Shown here piece by piece: positions 49,530-63,599 of a DNA stretch of 64,000 nt. The notes beneath the pieces were generated by a model. That model saw only the letters and a list, made by a program, of their open reading frames with translations, was not told the DNA's origin and did no database searches. Every line of letters begins with the position of its first letter. Position 1 is the first letter of the stretch. Made by a program: the position numbers and the translations under genes. This DNA is from Camelus ferus. Lineage: Eukaryota. The stretch spans positions 52,328,001 through 52,392,000 of the forward strand of contig NC_045709.1 in the NCBI RefSeq assembly GCF_009834535.1. Direction: 5' to 3'.

Positions 49530-51500
49530 GATTTTGATAGGAGTTTCTGATTTCACTGCATTAGAATCAGAGAATGTATTACTTTCTACTTTTCAAAATT
49601 CATTAAGGTTTTCTGTGTAGCATAATAGGTGATCAGTTTTGTGAACGCGATCAATTTTTGTGAGTAAGAGTTGAGCACTTGAATGAGTATTTGCTATTTT
49701 CAAGATCCAACATTTGATATATACATCTCTATGTATATATCATCTTTCCTACTAATTATAATATTCAAGTCTTTTAGACACTTAATTTTGATCTGTGAGA
49801 AAGGTGAATTAAGGACTTGTACTGCTAGTCTGTTTCTGCCTGTTTCTTTTGTAATTTTTGAAGTTTCTGCCTTATTACTATTTTGCTTTTGTCTTGGGCG
49901 AAGCACAAATATCCATACCTATATCTTCACTGTGAATTATAAACCTTAGTTGTATTTAAGGCTCATTGGCCTGAAACTCCGTATCTGATACTAAGAGCAT
50001 GACTCTTGCTTTCTTTAAACTTTGTTTGTGGAAAGATTGCCCAACTTTTTATTAACAATCCTTTTAAATTAGAATGTTTTAGGTATGTCATATGTGGAGC
50101 ATAGCTTTGGGTTTTCTTTGAGATTGCTCTGAAATCTTTCTTCTTTCACAGAGAGTGAAACCTATTTCTGTCTATTAATGAGAGATATCTTACTTCTGTC
50201 ATTTATTCAGTTAATATTTATTGAGTGTCTTCTACTCCAGGCATAATAAGAGCTAGAAATATGGAGGTGATAGACAGATAGAGAGATAGATAGATAGATT
50301 GATAGATAGATGCACCATTCTGGGTACCAGAAATGTGAGTGAAGGAGTTGGCTATCTCTAGCTATTTATCAGTCTCTCTCTCTCTCTCTACCTTTCTTTC
50401 CACCTATCATCACTTCTGTGTTTCCTGAAGCTTGCAATCAAATGGAAGGAGAGAGACTAAACATAGTATTATGTTTTCAGTTTTATAGGCTATTTATTGA
50501 AGCCTTTAACTCTATGGTCTACATTCTCTGTGTCTATGTGTGTGTATAGTTCTTCTATTATTTAGAAATTTTGTTTTCTCACACTAGCAGAACCTTTATA
50601 ATTGTAACAAAATAGTATCTTTGGTTTTTCATTTCTTTAGACAGTACCTATTAACTTTCTCTTATGAGCAATGATAAAATTAGCATGTTTCCTATTTCCT
50701 CTCCCCTCTCTGTCTCCATTATGTTTTTTAATGTATAATAGTACAGTTACATACGCTAATATTTCTATTACTTGATGTGTCGACTTGAGATCTCTTGACT
50801 CAACAATTGTAGATGAAGCAATCAGCAAACTTACTCTAACTGCCCTGTTCCCTTTTCCTTTCCAAATTTTCATTAGTTAAATCCTTTGTAAATTGTTAGG
50901 GCGTATAACACAGATGTCTGTTCAGTCACCACACTCCCTCATGTGTGGTTTAATCTATGTCTACAGTTAAAACAGACTCAATGCTCCCTACCATTGCATC
51001 AGCCAGCGTTTCCAAAGTCATCTCCAGGAGTTTCATCAAGAAGGGTTAACTAGGACAGTGTTCCCTGTGATCCTGCACATTCAAAACAGCCTGGACAGAC
51101 TTCAGGCTTTATCTTCGAAGGATAGTTTGGCTGGATATTTAATCTTCGGTTCACACTTCCCTCTAGGAATATTGTATAAATATTCAAAATGTTGACAGTT
51201 TGATGCCTGCTCTCTATCTGCTGGGAGAATGTGCTGCTTTTGTACATCTTTTTCTTTCTCAGAATATCTTTTCATGAGGCTGTAGCACCGGGGGTTTTGC
51301 CGGAGGTTGTGAAGTCTGGAAGGCTACCCTGGGGTGTCTTCCCAGCAGGAACATTTCTCCTCCCATTCTAACACAGGGGTAGGCTAACTTCCGAACTTGT
51401 GGCTCATCTGTGTGACTCTATTTAGCCCTATCTCTTCTGCTTATCTGAACCAAACAGATCCAGAGGGCCTCTGCTACAGCCCTGCTCTCCCCAGTTCCTG
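49530..51500 (-). mobile_element. Degenerate ancient L1M (ORF2-side) fragments
   Basis: tgatctgtgagaaaggtgaattaagg..., ttatcttcgaaggatagtttggctggatatt... are typical antisense L1M. Confidence 0.6.
50269..50311 (+). repeat. (GATA)n imperfect tetranucleotide repeat
   Basis: gatagacagatagagagatagatagatagattgatagatagat. Confidence 0.9.
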
Positions 51501-54500
51501 ACCCTTTCTTGTAAATAAGTGAAGTAGTGTTTGCACTTTAGGGAGTGCCCTTATCTTCAGGAGGTGGCTTCATCTGAGCTCTGGAATTTTCTGGGCTGCT
51601 TCTCTCCACCTCCTCCTGTAGATTTGGATCATTCTTACATGATTTTGAAGCCAGGAGATCTGAGTGGATTATATGTGTCAAGAAAAATTAAGCTTGCAAG
51701 GTCCATGTTTAACTCCTTAGGCTTTTGCCTTTTTTCCCAGGAGAAGGGGCAAAAAGCTGATTTATACAACCATTTTTGTGTCAAATATTTTAAAGTACTT
51801 TTGGTTTGCAAGGACTGGACTTGATGAGACAGAAAGGATTTGTGGGTTCCAAAGATCCAAGCTTGGTTCATGCAGAGCATAGATTTTATACCATAAATAG
51901 TACTGCCCAAAACCCACGTGATGATTACAGGGTGGGTTCCTTCATCCCAAAGGGAAAAATCAGGTGGCTGGAGTGAACTGATTTGGAGGAAACATGACTA
52001 GATCATTCTCTGTCCCAATTTAAAATCTGAATTATGAGCAGGCATAGCTGCAGAAATTCTATGTTTGGGGGAGGTTCTCAGAGCAGAAGGACTTTGGCTT
52101 GGCTTCCCAAGATATAACTTGGGAAGGCGTGTTTTGGACAAAATCTCCAACATAGCACCTGGAGAGAGGGAAAGAGGGGCTGAGGACATCATCTCTGCAA
52201 AAAGTTCCCATGGGCATCGAAGTGGCACATCCAAGAGAGAAGCCAGATTCTGAGACTAGAGGCCAAGGAGGAACCACGGGTACCAGGAACAGATCCCAGG
52301 GCACTACAGCGAAGATCACTCAGGTGAGCTACATCTGGAGGCCAGCAAGTTCAGAAGATATCACTTGGACCAAAACTGCTCCCCAATTCCTGGATGGTGC
52401 GAAAACCACAGCATTTCTGCCAGTGCAGATCGTCCCAGGAAAGAAGGAAGGAGGGGAAGGGAATATTCAACTGACTGAATATTTAACCTGATCTGGCCAC
52501 ACATAAGTTGTAAATGACTGAATCATCTTGAATTGCTCAGATTATCTTCCTGCGACCTTCAAAAGGAGAGCTGTAGAGCTGAATTAATTTCACTTGTAGA
52601 GAAGTGAACACTTTTAGAACTTTGCACCCCGTGTTAGTGACTGTAAAAGTTTAAATCTGCTACATGTGGGGGCTTGCCTGAAATTCCAAGGAACATTCAT
52701 ACAAGGCATACTTGTACCATGAACTAATTCAAACCTTAGGCAAGAACTGGAGCAAGTCAGAACCATGACACTGTGAGAGAACTGCATGCAAAAAGCCAAG
52801 GTTGGGAGCCCCAAACTGTGCTGCTAACTGTGACTCTGAAGTGCCAAAGAAATAAACCTCCAAGAGAGGGATGGCTGATTCTAGGGGCACCAGCCTAGGC
52901 CATAAATGTGGTGATGGCAGAGATTTGAAAAGTTTGACTTTGGAAGATGATACAAGATCCCCTGTTCAAGCTGTGAGGAGAACATAGCTAGTGATGTGGA
53001 AGCTAAATAAACGGGGGTGGAGTAGGGGGTCCTTGAGACCCTGGAGAGTGGAGACACCATGATATTACAGGAGTCAAGGATTGATTGGTCAGTATCTATC
53101 ATCCCTTTAGCCAAATTGCCTGGGCCCAGTGATGGGAGAGTTGCTACTCCTGAGAACCAGTGGACATCCCAGGAGATGCAGACTAGGGGTCCTGTACATT
53201 AATTCCTATGACCCTAAGCAAAGACACCTTAGTTATCCCAGCATCCTGGTAGCCCTTTCTGCTGTGCAGAATACCTAGACGGGGAAAGTGAACAAAGAGA
53301 AATTCTTTGGAAAGCAGTGATGATCCTACAGTGGAAACAAGTGACAACTTCACCCGTGATCCACGTGTAACTCCACACATATCTCAGAGACTCTGCCGAG
53401 TAGATTATGGATAAGCAAAATTTGAACAGGGATTTAGCTTTGATACTTTTGGCAAAATATCTCCCTCTCTAGAGATGCAAATATTTACTGAAGGATAAAA
53501 GAAAGAAGATAATATTTTTGAAAATTTAATTAATGCAATTTATGTTTGTAGTCATTCTTAAGCTCTTAATAGTCTCAAGACTCTATTTATTGAATAAATA
53601 GTATTCGTTGCTTTAGAAGGGGGGCCAGATCCAATTTAGAACTAAAAAGTCACTGTTTCATTTTAAGTTTGGTAATTGAAGTTTTAAAAATCCAGAGGAG
53701 GCAAGCAAGAGGGTAAATACATGAGGGTCAGTCATGTCTAGAAACCCAAGATGGTGGGCAGTCAGTTCAGGGGGATCCAAGAACAAAGAAGCAATAGCTT
53801 GACCTCCCCAAGTGAAGCCCACAGCACTGAAAATTTTCTAGGGAACATTTAAATCCAACATCAAACCAAATGCTGTTAACTAAAAGTGGTTGAATAAGGT
53901 CTCTTGGCTCTTGGGCTTTTGAAGTTCCGGACCTGAGAGTGGTGTAGAGAAAGCCACCTGCGGCTTGCATGGAGAGAACAGGTGGACCGAAGGAAACCTC
54001 ATGCCTGGAACGAAGAAGATAGAGAAAGCAGGATCTGACAACTGGAGGCCATTGGAGGGGTATAGATCAACAGTGGATGTACCGGATGCTCAAGTCCAGG
54101 CAGGACCAGCTATAGCTTGCTGGACCAAACTGGCACAGAGGATAACACCAGGATCAGATGACTTACCCCTAGATTAGGACAGTATCTTTCCCAGTGTCTC
54201 CCTCAGCCTCTTTCTGACTCAGGTCTTAGTTCAGCATCTGTCTTCAAATAGAATGAGGGAGAAACACGAATTGACTGTTTTGAAACTTTAAATTGACCAC
54301 ATTGAATTCAGTAAATTAGTGAGTAAACTTGAGGTGGCAACACAAAAATTTCCACCATCGGAGAGACTGGGAATTCTGAAGTAGTTTCAGCTATAATGGG
54401 GGAAAGATAAGCATTTGCCTCTTTAACACCCAGATTTTGTGACCACGTGAAAATTAAATCCAACGCATATGATAAGAGTGACAGGTATACAGCAAACATT

Positions 54501-55919
54501 TACTAAATGATAGGTACTAATTATTATTGTATTATTACATCTTTCTATTGTTATCTGAACTTTATGCTATGGTTCTATCAACTTTTAGGTCTGAAGAAAC
54601 CATTATGGAAGCAAACATCTTTTAAAATGTCCTGTTAGTTTATCAGATGGCAAAAGAGTACTGGCAAATAAAATCTTTGGTTCTTAGGGAGGTAATAGAA
54701 TTATGGGAGCATGGTGGAGCAAAAGTCTGAAGGTAAAGACTAATGTTTAAGAAGAGAGTGTTCTAGAAATTTTGATCTAGTTCGTAATTTTGCCTGGAAA
54801 GGAAAACAAGCTCATCTGGCCCCCAAGTCACACATGAATTGTTTGTGCTAGCATGACATTTGAATAATTAATAATGAGAAACTTAGCTTAATATTCCTGC
54901 CAACCAGCCTATATTGAGAAATCAAAAAAAAATTTTTTTTAATGGCTTGGTCAATCTGGGGTCAGAGTAAATGTGTTGGGTGGTCTTTTCACCACATTGT
55001 AGGAGCCCAGTGACCTGCTTTTCTCTCCATTAAAGGACTGTACCAGGGCATCTATTTATATTCCAAAGTCAGGCCACCGTCTTTCTTGGAAAAAACTGCT
55101 AAAAATGAAACACTGCCTCTATGAATTACATCTTATTCTTAGGAGGGTCACCACTTCTCACATTGTATTTGTTCACTTCATCTTTTTCTTTTCAACATGC
55201 ATTTTGAACACTGCAAATTAATTACAGATTTCTCTATTCCTAACATTTTTGGCTGGTTACTTTGATCAGTGTATAAAGAGCTATCTTAATTCTTCGAGTT
55301 GTGACTGCAGCAACTCCAAATCACACTGGAGGTAGGTTCCTTCTGTCAAGTCTACTTCCTGTCTCATGTATTGATAAACTTTAGTCATTTCCTGGTCAGA
55401 ATTTCTTACTGTTTCCTTTGACTTTTTCTTAGATTTAGGAATTCTTCTTAGTTTGGGGCTTGTACTGTAGATGCCTAATCACATTTTATCTTTATCTATT
55501 TGGAATTACAATCTTAAATGTAGATGATGATATGAAAATGCCCCTAAATACCATTTTTTCCTGCTCTCAAGACCTATTGTGCAGAACTATTAATCTTCAG
55601 TCTTCTCTCTAAAGCCAATGCTCTATCCACACTTGTAATCACCTAAATAAGTTTATATTCTTATAATTATTCTTTAATAATTATTAAAAAAATGTTCACC
55701 ATCTATTATAAACCCTAAAATTAGTAATCAGGGATGGAGTACTACTATTTTATTATATTATAACTGATGAACAGTGATAATAGAAATTTTGCCTTTTAAT
55801 TCATAGAAACAAAGCCTTCTGATTTAAAATACTCATGCCCCATGGATGAGTGTTACCTTTTCATGTATGGTGGTATTTGGGTGGGAAGAATTCCTTCAAC
55901 ATGTATTGGAGAGGTATTC

Positions 55920-57750
55920 ATTCGCTCATTCAGTGATGAATTCGATAGATAGTTACCGAGTGCCAGCTATATCCCAGGCAATCTTCTAGGCAACGTGAAT
56001 ACATTAGTGAACAAAACAGACAAGAATATCTGTCCTCCCTGAAATTACAACCTAGTGGGGACGAGAGGGAAAATAAAAAATAAACAAATACATTTTATTT
56101 GCCTTTGATGTTGATATAGGGGGAGAAATAAAAAGGGAAGGGTGATGGGATAGGGTGGGGAAGAAGTGTCCATTTGTCTGAGAAGGTCTCCTCGACTGGG
56201 CGAGCAGACGCCTGAAGGTGAGAACACACAGCAGGTAGGGATCCAAGGGCAGAGCACACCAGGCCGAGGGAGCAGCGGTGCCTCGCCCTGGGGCATGGTG
56301 GTCTGCTGTGCTCGGGAACGTAACCGCTTTGGAGGTCTGTGTGAGGACTTTGCTTATGTAGAATGAGAGGGAACACCGCTGTAGAGCTGTTGAGGCAAGG
56401 AGTGATGAGATGTGACTTATGTTTTAAGAGGTTCCCTCCAGATAGTGTCCTGAGAAGTGTCTGCATAGAAGGAGGATGGAAGCAGGGATAGTCCAGGTGA
56501 GGGGTGAAGGCTAGTAACAATAGAGGTGGTGAAAGAGTACCAGTTTCTGGATATAATTTTAAAGAAGAATTAATGGGACTTGCTGGCTGATCATAAGTGA
56601 ACTCTAAGAGAATGAGTCAAGAAAGTTACTAGGTTTTTACCCTAACAATGGGGGAAGAGAAGTCATTGCTGCTCACTGGGATGAAGAAGACTACAAGGAA
56701 TAGAGTTAGGGTTAAGGTGGGGACAGGGAAGTTCTGGAGTTCAGTTTTAGATGAGTTAATTTTAGGTGTCCATCAAACAAAGGTAGCTAGAGTGGAGAGT
56801 ATAATATATAAATCTGGAGTTAAGGGCAACTGGAGATATATATTAGAGAATTATTAGTGCATAGGTGGCATTTAAAGCCATCAAGACTGGATGAGATCAC
56901 TAAGGGAGTGGGCAGAGGTAAGTTAAGACATCCAACAGTGAATGTGGTCACACCAACACTGGAAAAATCAGGGGGGAAAAGAAAAGAATGAGATACTGTG
57001 GTATTCTGGAAGGCAAGGGAAGAAAATGTTTCAAAGAGACGGTGTTATATTATCTCTTTTACTATCAGTTAGTATTTGTGTTAAACATCATCTTCTTGAT
57101 CTATCTGTGCCAAATGTTCCTGGTGGGTCAAGATGATGAAGACTAAGCATTTACCACCAGAATGAAATACTACATTGAATTTGTGTTGACCTTAACAAAT
57201 GCAATTTTAGTGAGTGGTAGGGATGCAAGTCTTATTATTTTCAAGAGCGAATAGGAGAAGAGAGATTGAGTATTAAAAAAAAATAGAGTACTTCTTGGCA
57301 GGCTTTTGTTATAATGAAGAATAGAGAAATGGGGAGCTGGAGGAGACTGTGTGGTCAGGAGAATGGTTTTACATTTATTTTCTAAGATTTGGTAAATTAC
57401 AGGATATTGTGTGCCAAAGAAAATGGTTCAGTGGAGAAGGAAAAATTGGTGATGCAAAAGTAAGGAAACAGTTACAGAGCAATGTATACATGAGTAGGTG
57501 AGAAGATAAAGAATTTAATGCTAAAGGTGGAGGAGTTGGCTTTAGATTGGAACACCAATGTTTTCTCTATGGTATCAGGAGGGAAGGCGGGGCTATAAGA
57601 AGATGGATAGCTGGAGAGTGAAAGCATCTGTATGGAAATTCACTCCTGAGGACTTCTGTTTTCTCAGGGAAATAGGAAGCAAGGCTATCAGTGGAGAGTG
57701 AGGATGGAAGAAAAGTGTTGGAAGAGGTGAGATAGGATGGATAAAAAGGC
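55920..57750 (-). mobile_element. Long L2 (L2a-like) element, about 1.8 kb
   Basis: ttaccgagtgccagctatatcccaggc ... gtgaacaaaacagacaag ... agactggatgagatcactaagggagtg ... gacttctgttttctcagggaaataggaagcaagg. Confidence 0.85.
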
Positions 57751-58005
57751 AATGCACCAGGAAATGTCCTAGGCAGAACTTACACCCAGAGGAGCATTTC
57801 GGAACTCAGGTTCCTTGGAAAATATTCCCAGAGCATTAAAAAAATGTGTTTGAAAACCAGGAGATTAAATATTTGGGGCAGTTCTTGCATACGTCTGTCT
57901 TCAAGTCAGAATGTCAATTACCAGCATCCTCTTCAAAGAAAGAGGTTTAACACTGTATAATTTTCCCAAATGTTTGAGAGCGCAGAACTCTTTGTGAAGC
58001 ATTAC

Positions 58006-58174
58006 CTATTAGCATCCTCCAGAACAATGTTCCACAGACTCCAGTTTGGAAAGTCAATACCACAACTACAGCATCCCCAGGGCTGTTCATCTGTTCCCCA
58101 GGAGAGGCACTCATAGTCGCTACTACGTAATCTACCGGGGGCAACATCTGAACTAGATACAAACTTAAGAGACT
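58006..58174 (-). other. Candidate 169-nt exon (hypothetical), two open frames
   Basis: Acceptor ttccctaattgttttcctag and donor TAG|GTAATG; frames ESLKFV...NIVLEDANR and SLLSLY...TLFWRMLI are both open. Not recognised. Confidence 0.25.
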
Positions 58175-58454
58175 CTAGGAAAACAATTAGGGAAGAGCTC
58201 ATTAATCTTCTCCTGCAGCCCCTTATTTATGAATCCTAACAGAGGGACAATTCAGTGTAATGGCAAGAACAGTCTTCTGGGATCCAGGAACTCACACCTG
58301 ACATGCACAGGCTGGGCAATCTTTGCACATAGTCAGCACTTAAGCATCTAAATGTTCACTAACAAGTCTCCTCCACCAATTGTGGCTACAGATACAGAAC
58401 ACACAGTGATTCACAGTATTCATCTGAGGTCTGTCAACCAGGGGACAAATCTTA

Positions 58455-58615
58455 TTTCCAGTTCCTTCTAGCGGTGTCACCCTGGAGACAAGTTAACATC
58501 CATGGATCTCAGTTTTCTTGTTTGCAAAATAGAGAAGACAAGATCACCTACCTCATTGGTTAAGACACATCAAAAACATTGGAAAAAACACATCAAACAC
58601 TTAGCACATTGATTT
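58455..58615 (+). mobile_element. MIR SINE
   Basis: gagacaagttaacatccatggatctcagttttcttgtttgcaaaatag ... aaacacttagcaca. Confidence 0.7.
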
Positions 58616-61214
58616 TTCACACGTATATTGTAACAAGGAATCACTGACATGGAGCACTTTTCTAAATTAAAAGTCCTATGAAATTGTAAAGCAGCATTAG
58701 TTCTGTATTAACACTGTGGCAAAGGAAATTAAATTAAGAATGTTTTTAAAAGAAAACATATACCAGATTGATTTGGTTCTTAAAAGTATGAAGCCAACCC
58801 GTGGCTCCTCACCAGTCTTCCTAATCTGTTTTCTTGCCAGTATTTTGACAAGAGCCTACATCAGAGGTTTATTGAATTTGTACTGCATTATTGCAGAAAG
58901 GAATGGCTTTTCTGTTGGGGATAATAATAGTAATAAAAGAATATTATTTTAGATTTGTGGTCTAGTATTTCCTTTACAAGCAGGTATTGCTCCTGATGGG
59001 AAAATAAAGGTTATGAAGGGTTAACTGACTTGGTGAAGGTCAACAACGTGGCACTATGGTTCACTCACAGAGCAGCAGGAAAGTCTGTTTCTGACATATT
59101 TGTAACTCTCTGGTTAAGATGCTCGATTAATGTTCTTTTTTATTCAAAGGTCTCCACCCATTTAAACCTTTTCCCACTTTAACTTAGATGGGCTTTGCTA
59201 GATATCAGTACCCTTTAAGTACCTGCTTTAGGCTCACTTTAAGACCTGGACCTACCAATTTTCAAAGATTTCTACTTTGACAAAATTACAAGATAATTAC
59301 AGCACTTAAAAAAAAAAATTGTTCCAGTGAAAAATAAAACCTTCCTTCAGATTTGAAATTTCAAAGAATTAAGTTTGCTTGCTTGTGGTAAAAAGATAAT
59401 TCTTAGCCTTTTTGGTGCTAAGAATAAGTAATACACTACATTTGCATATCGGTTTAAAATGTGTTTGAATATGTTTGCTATTAACCTTGGAACCTGATCC
59501 AAGACCAGGCTCAGATGTAGGAGCTCAAAACCTGAAGTCTAGGTTTTTATTGCTGAATCCATGGAGAACTGCATGTCTCCTTTCTAACTTGGTTGCTTCT
59601 AGATAAAATGGCAAAATATTTCTTTGCTGCTTGATTACATGTTACTAAATAAAAGTGATATTGGTAAGTATTGTTGGGGTTAAATTATATAAATATTTTT
59701 ATTAGCACATGATTGTAAGAGATACAGATCCCAAATATAGATGTGCACGAATGGACACAACTCAAAACACACGCACAAAAAGAGATAGAATTACGGATAG
59801 TGTGTGGCTAGATTTTCGCAGCAGACCCAGCCATATGTTTCTTGTCTAGGCGGCTGCCCAGGGAACTCATGCATGTGGATTCAGTTCTACCAGGCAAGAA
59901 GCCATATAAACAATGAACACAACTCAAGGAAACAAAGAGGCCTGCTAATAGCACATTGTATCATTACAGAACGATACTCGACCAAACTTTTTTAATGAGT
60001 AATTTTGATAAACAAATAAATAATATATTAATATAATCATCCCAGTGAAAACATAACTGAGTGTTTCATTGAAGAACCACATAGTATTTTGCACTGTAAG
60101 ATGTGACAATCACATCCTCTCCCTGACTTTTGTCTACACTTGTCTTCACTGTAACCTCTGGAGTCTGCCAGGACAGTACCAAACACGATGACTGATAAAC
60201 AGTGGTTAAATTCTGTGAAGTTTTTTGTTTATTTTGGTCATTGCCATAGGAAAGAACTGCTTCCAGCTTCAAAGAAATAAAGAATGGAATTTAAATTATT
60301 TCTCTTTTTCCGTAATAAATAGAATGTATACACTCTGCTTAGTGTGTGTAGGGGGGCAAGGGGGTTAGTGTAAGAAAGCTATAGAATTTCATTCATAGAA
60401 AAATATTTTTATGTGTTAAGGATAAGCCTTATGTTTTATGCGATGTTTTTGCTGAGAAAATACAGTCACCCTGCTTAATTCAATGAAAAAAATATTTAAT
60501 AATTGATGAGGATTTGTGCAGTTGAAAACTGTAAACAAGACAGTATTTCAATACAACAGCTCTAAAATAACTAACTAGGTTTCCTCTGTTGTATTTACTT
60601 ACCCTTTCTGTAGCACGTATCATCTTAATACTTGGACATCAAAGTACCAGGCATAACGTGAGGATGAAAATATTATGATTCCGTCTAATTTTTCTCTCTC
60701 TGTGACTTAAAATACAGTGTCCAGCAGTGTTCATTTATTCCCCTGTCACACTGCTCAGTTCCTGAGACTAAAGAATTCCTTAGGTACTGCAAATATGCAG
60801 TGATTGTTGTGAAAGAAATATGAAAGCATGACATTGTACATTAATTCAAAAACCAATCGGTAGTTCATTTAAACACAAATAATATACAAATTTGCAGATA
60901 TAGTAGCAGCAGCTAATGGCCATGTATTCAATTTTCTTTGCTTGGTATTATCCTCAGTTTTCAGAGAAACTATCTCTCTTCTCAAGATCTTATAATAACC
61001 AGTTGAGTTCCTGACACCCACATTCAACAGCCGGCTCTTTTATGACAACAAGATATATGGAAAGGATGTATATTGTAACAATTAATGACAAATTGTACAA
61101 TGTCCTTATGTTTATAGTTTTGAAGATAAAGTGATACTAAAGTATCAGATGCCTCAGAGTCCTCACGTATGCAGTGGGACTTGTGTTCATCCCCAAACAC
61201 TTTTTGAGGGCCTA

Positions 61215-61580
61215 CTACATGCCAGGCACTTTTCTAACACGATGGTTGCTACAGTGGACATGGGAGAGAAATCCTCTGCTCTTGTGTAATTTCCACTGTA
61301 GAGGAGGAGACCTGCGGAGGGGCAGGTAGACAGTAAGCAATAAAAACAAAGCAAAAATGTTGTATATTAGATGGTGATAAGTGCTGTATAGAGAAGGTAA
61401 AAGGAAAGGAGGATTAGGAGTGCTCCCAGGGCTTGAAACATAGTTGCCAGAGTTGGAGATGCTTGCCCAAGGGAGGTGAAAACAATAGTGGAGATTCATA
61501 GAATTCTTGCGAAGATTGAATGAATTATATACAAAAATGCTTTGAGCTGTGTTTAGCTATAGCAGAGGGTTAAATGTAGG
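61215..61580. mobile_element. L2 (minus) followed by MIR (plus) fragments
   Basis: ctactacatgccaggcacttttctaacac ... cctctgctcttgtgtaattt; then atagtggagattcatagaattcttgcgaagattgaatgaatt. Confidence 0.6.
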
Positions 61581-63061
61581 TGGAAAAAGAGGGTGTGACA
61601 CTTAGGATTGTTGTGAGGAAGGTTTTTTGTTTGTTCTGCAGACTTTCCTTTATTGGCCACAGCTGTTTTTATCTGGAATTAAGAATGGAATGGTATTTGA
61701 ATTTTGCATAAAACATTCAAAAGGCTAATTTGTAACCTGGATAAACATAAAGAACTGGGAGACTTAAGTCTTCATGGATAAATTATCCACAGTTTGTCCC
61801 TGTCTTAAAGAGAGACAAGAAGGAGGAAGGTGGGGGTAGGGAGAGGGTGAGAAGGAGGAGGAGAGGGAGAAGGAAGGAAGGAGAGGAAAGTTCTTCAAGA
61901 GTCTTTTTTAAGAATAAAGTTGTTTTAAGTCACAGAGACAGTTTAAATTATTCTAACTTTCTATGTGACTACCTTGGAAGACGGGTCTGTTAAAACAGAT
62001 CTAAATCCAAATCTAAGAAAATACCAGTCTTTACTAATTGAATTAACTGGGTCCAAACATTTTAGAGAGCTAAACATCTGGAAATCGTACATATTCCTTT
62101 GGATTATTTTTCTTGACAAACAGCTTTATTATTCTAGTAGGTGACTATATTTAGGTTATTTTAATAGCAAGCAAACAAGAAGTTATTTGTATTAAAGAAG
62201 CTAATGGTTCTGGCTAGTACAAAAGGAAAATAAATAATTATAGGGCACCTACAACGTGCTAGGCAATTTGGAAGTTACTTTCATTTTTCCATTAAAAAGT
62301 TTTGAGGACTTGTGTGTTGGGTGCCGAGGCACTGGTGGGATAACTGAGACATGATGACACAATTCTTGCCAAGTCTTCTCGAGATTACAGTCTTGTTAGG
62401 AGAAGATATTTAAGACCTCATGAGTTAGCCACATCTTTGTGAAGAAGGTGCCATCATAGTTGTACAGGGAGGAAAACTGAATCCAAAAAAAATTAAGCAA
62501 GGTGTCACTCAATCGAGTGATGAAACTCCTTAATGAGTTTGGGACTTTTTGATTTACAGGTGCAAGCTCTTAGGCTGCCAACTCACTAGTATTTGAGTCT
62601 GAAATCCAAACACAGTTTACATTTACCTTTCTAATTGTGTCTTGCTTATCCAATTTTTTAAAATTTATGTTCATTTCTCCAAGACATGTAAATTGGTAGA
62701 GCAGAAAAATGAGTTATAACCAGACGATGCTACTGGGTGAAGCTAAGCTGGGGTTCACATTTTGCCTTTGGTAAATCACACATGGATTAATCTGAAATCA
62801 ACTACGTTATGGTTTGTGTGCTTGAATGATTTTTTTTTAATCACATTGTGGAGAACAGTACATGTTAAGAAATATCATGAGATCTTTTTTTTTGTCACTT
62901 ATGAATTGATGTCCTTACAATGACTGTGTCAATAACTTGTAAGCCTACAGTATGTTTTTCTTTTTTAGCTGTCAGCCAGCAAGAATTCAATAGAGAGCCT
63001 CAGTAATACAATGGTCTGCAATTTAAGACTAAAACATTGTGCAAAATTATATAGTAAAAAG

Positions 63062-63485
63062 ACAGATACTATCAGTTGGCTGTCCCAGATTCCATCTAAG
63101 ATGTTCTCCAGGTCCATTTTCCTCTGATTAATCATGTGACCCAATTTTGGCCAGTGAGATAGAAACAGATGATATGAGTGAGGCTTCAGGAGGGATTTCT
63201 AAAAGGAATAGATTTGGCTTTTACCTTTAGCCTTTCTCTCTCTTCCTACTATAGAGGGGAAAAAATATTACGTTTTAAGAAGGGGAGGAGGAAAAGAAAA
63301 TGAACTTGGGGACCCTTGGGGACCCTTGAGCACCAGAGAGCAGCTGCACAGCCTTGAACGGTGGCTGTCTACCCTTGGACTTCTAGTTTCATTGCCAAGG
63401 GAGTGGGGGGAAGGGTATATATCTTAGGCAGACATTAGATGGGTTTTCTGTTGTTGGCAGATAAAAGCAAAGCTATACTAATCAG
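63062..63485 (+). mobile_element. Old MLT1 (K/L-like) LTR
   Basis: catgtgacccaattttggccagtgagatag ... gggttttctgttgttggcagataaaagc. Confidence 0.65.
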
Positions 63486-63599
63486 TACACTGATATTTTT
63501 CCCTCCTTTTCTTCCTCCCTCCCGCTCTCGCCCCTTATTCTATTTCATGTTATTTTATTCCCAAATTTCTGGCTAGGTTTTAACTCCTTCTTTCTCTCT

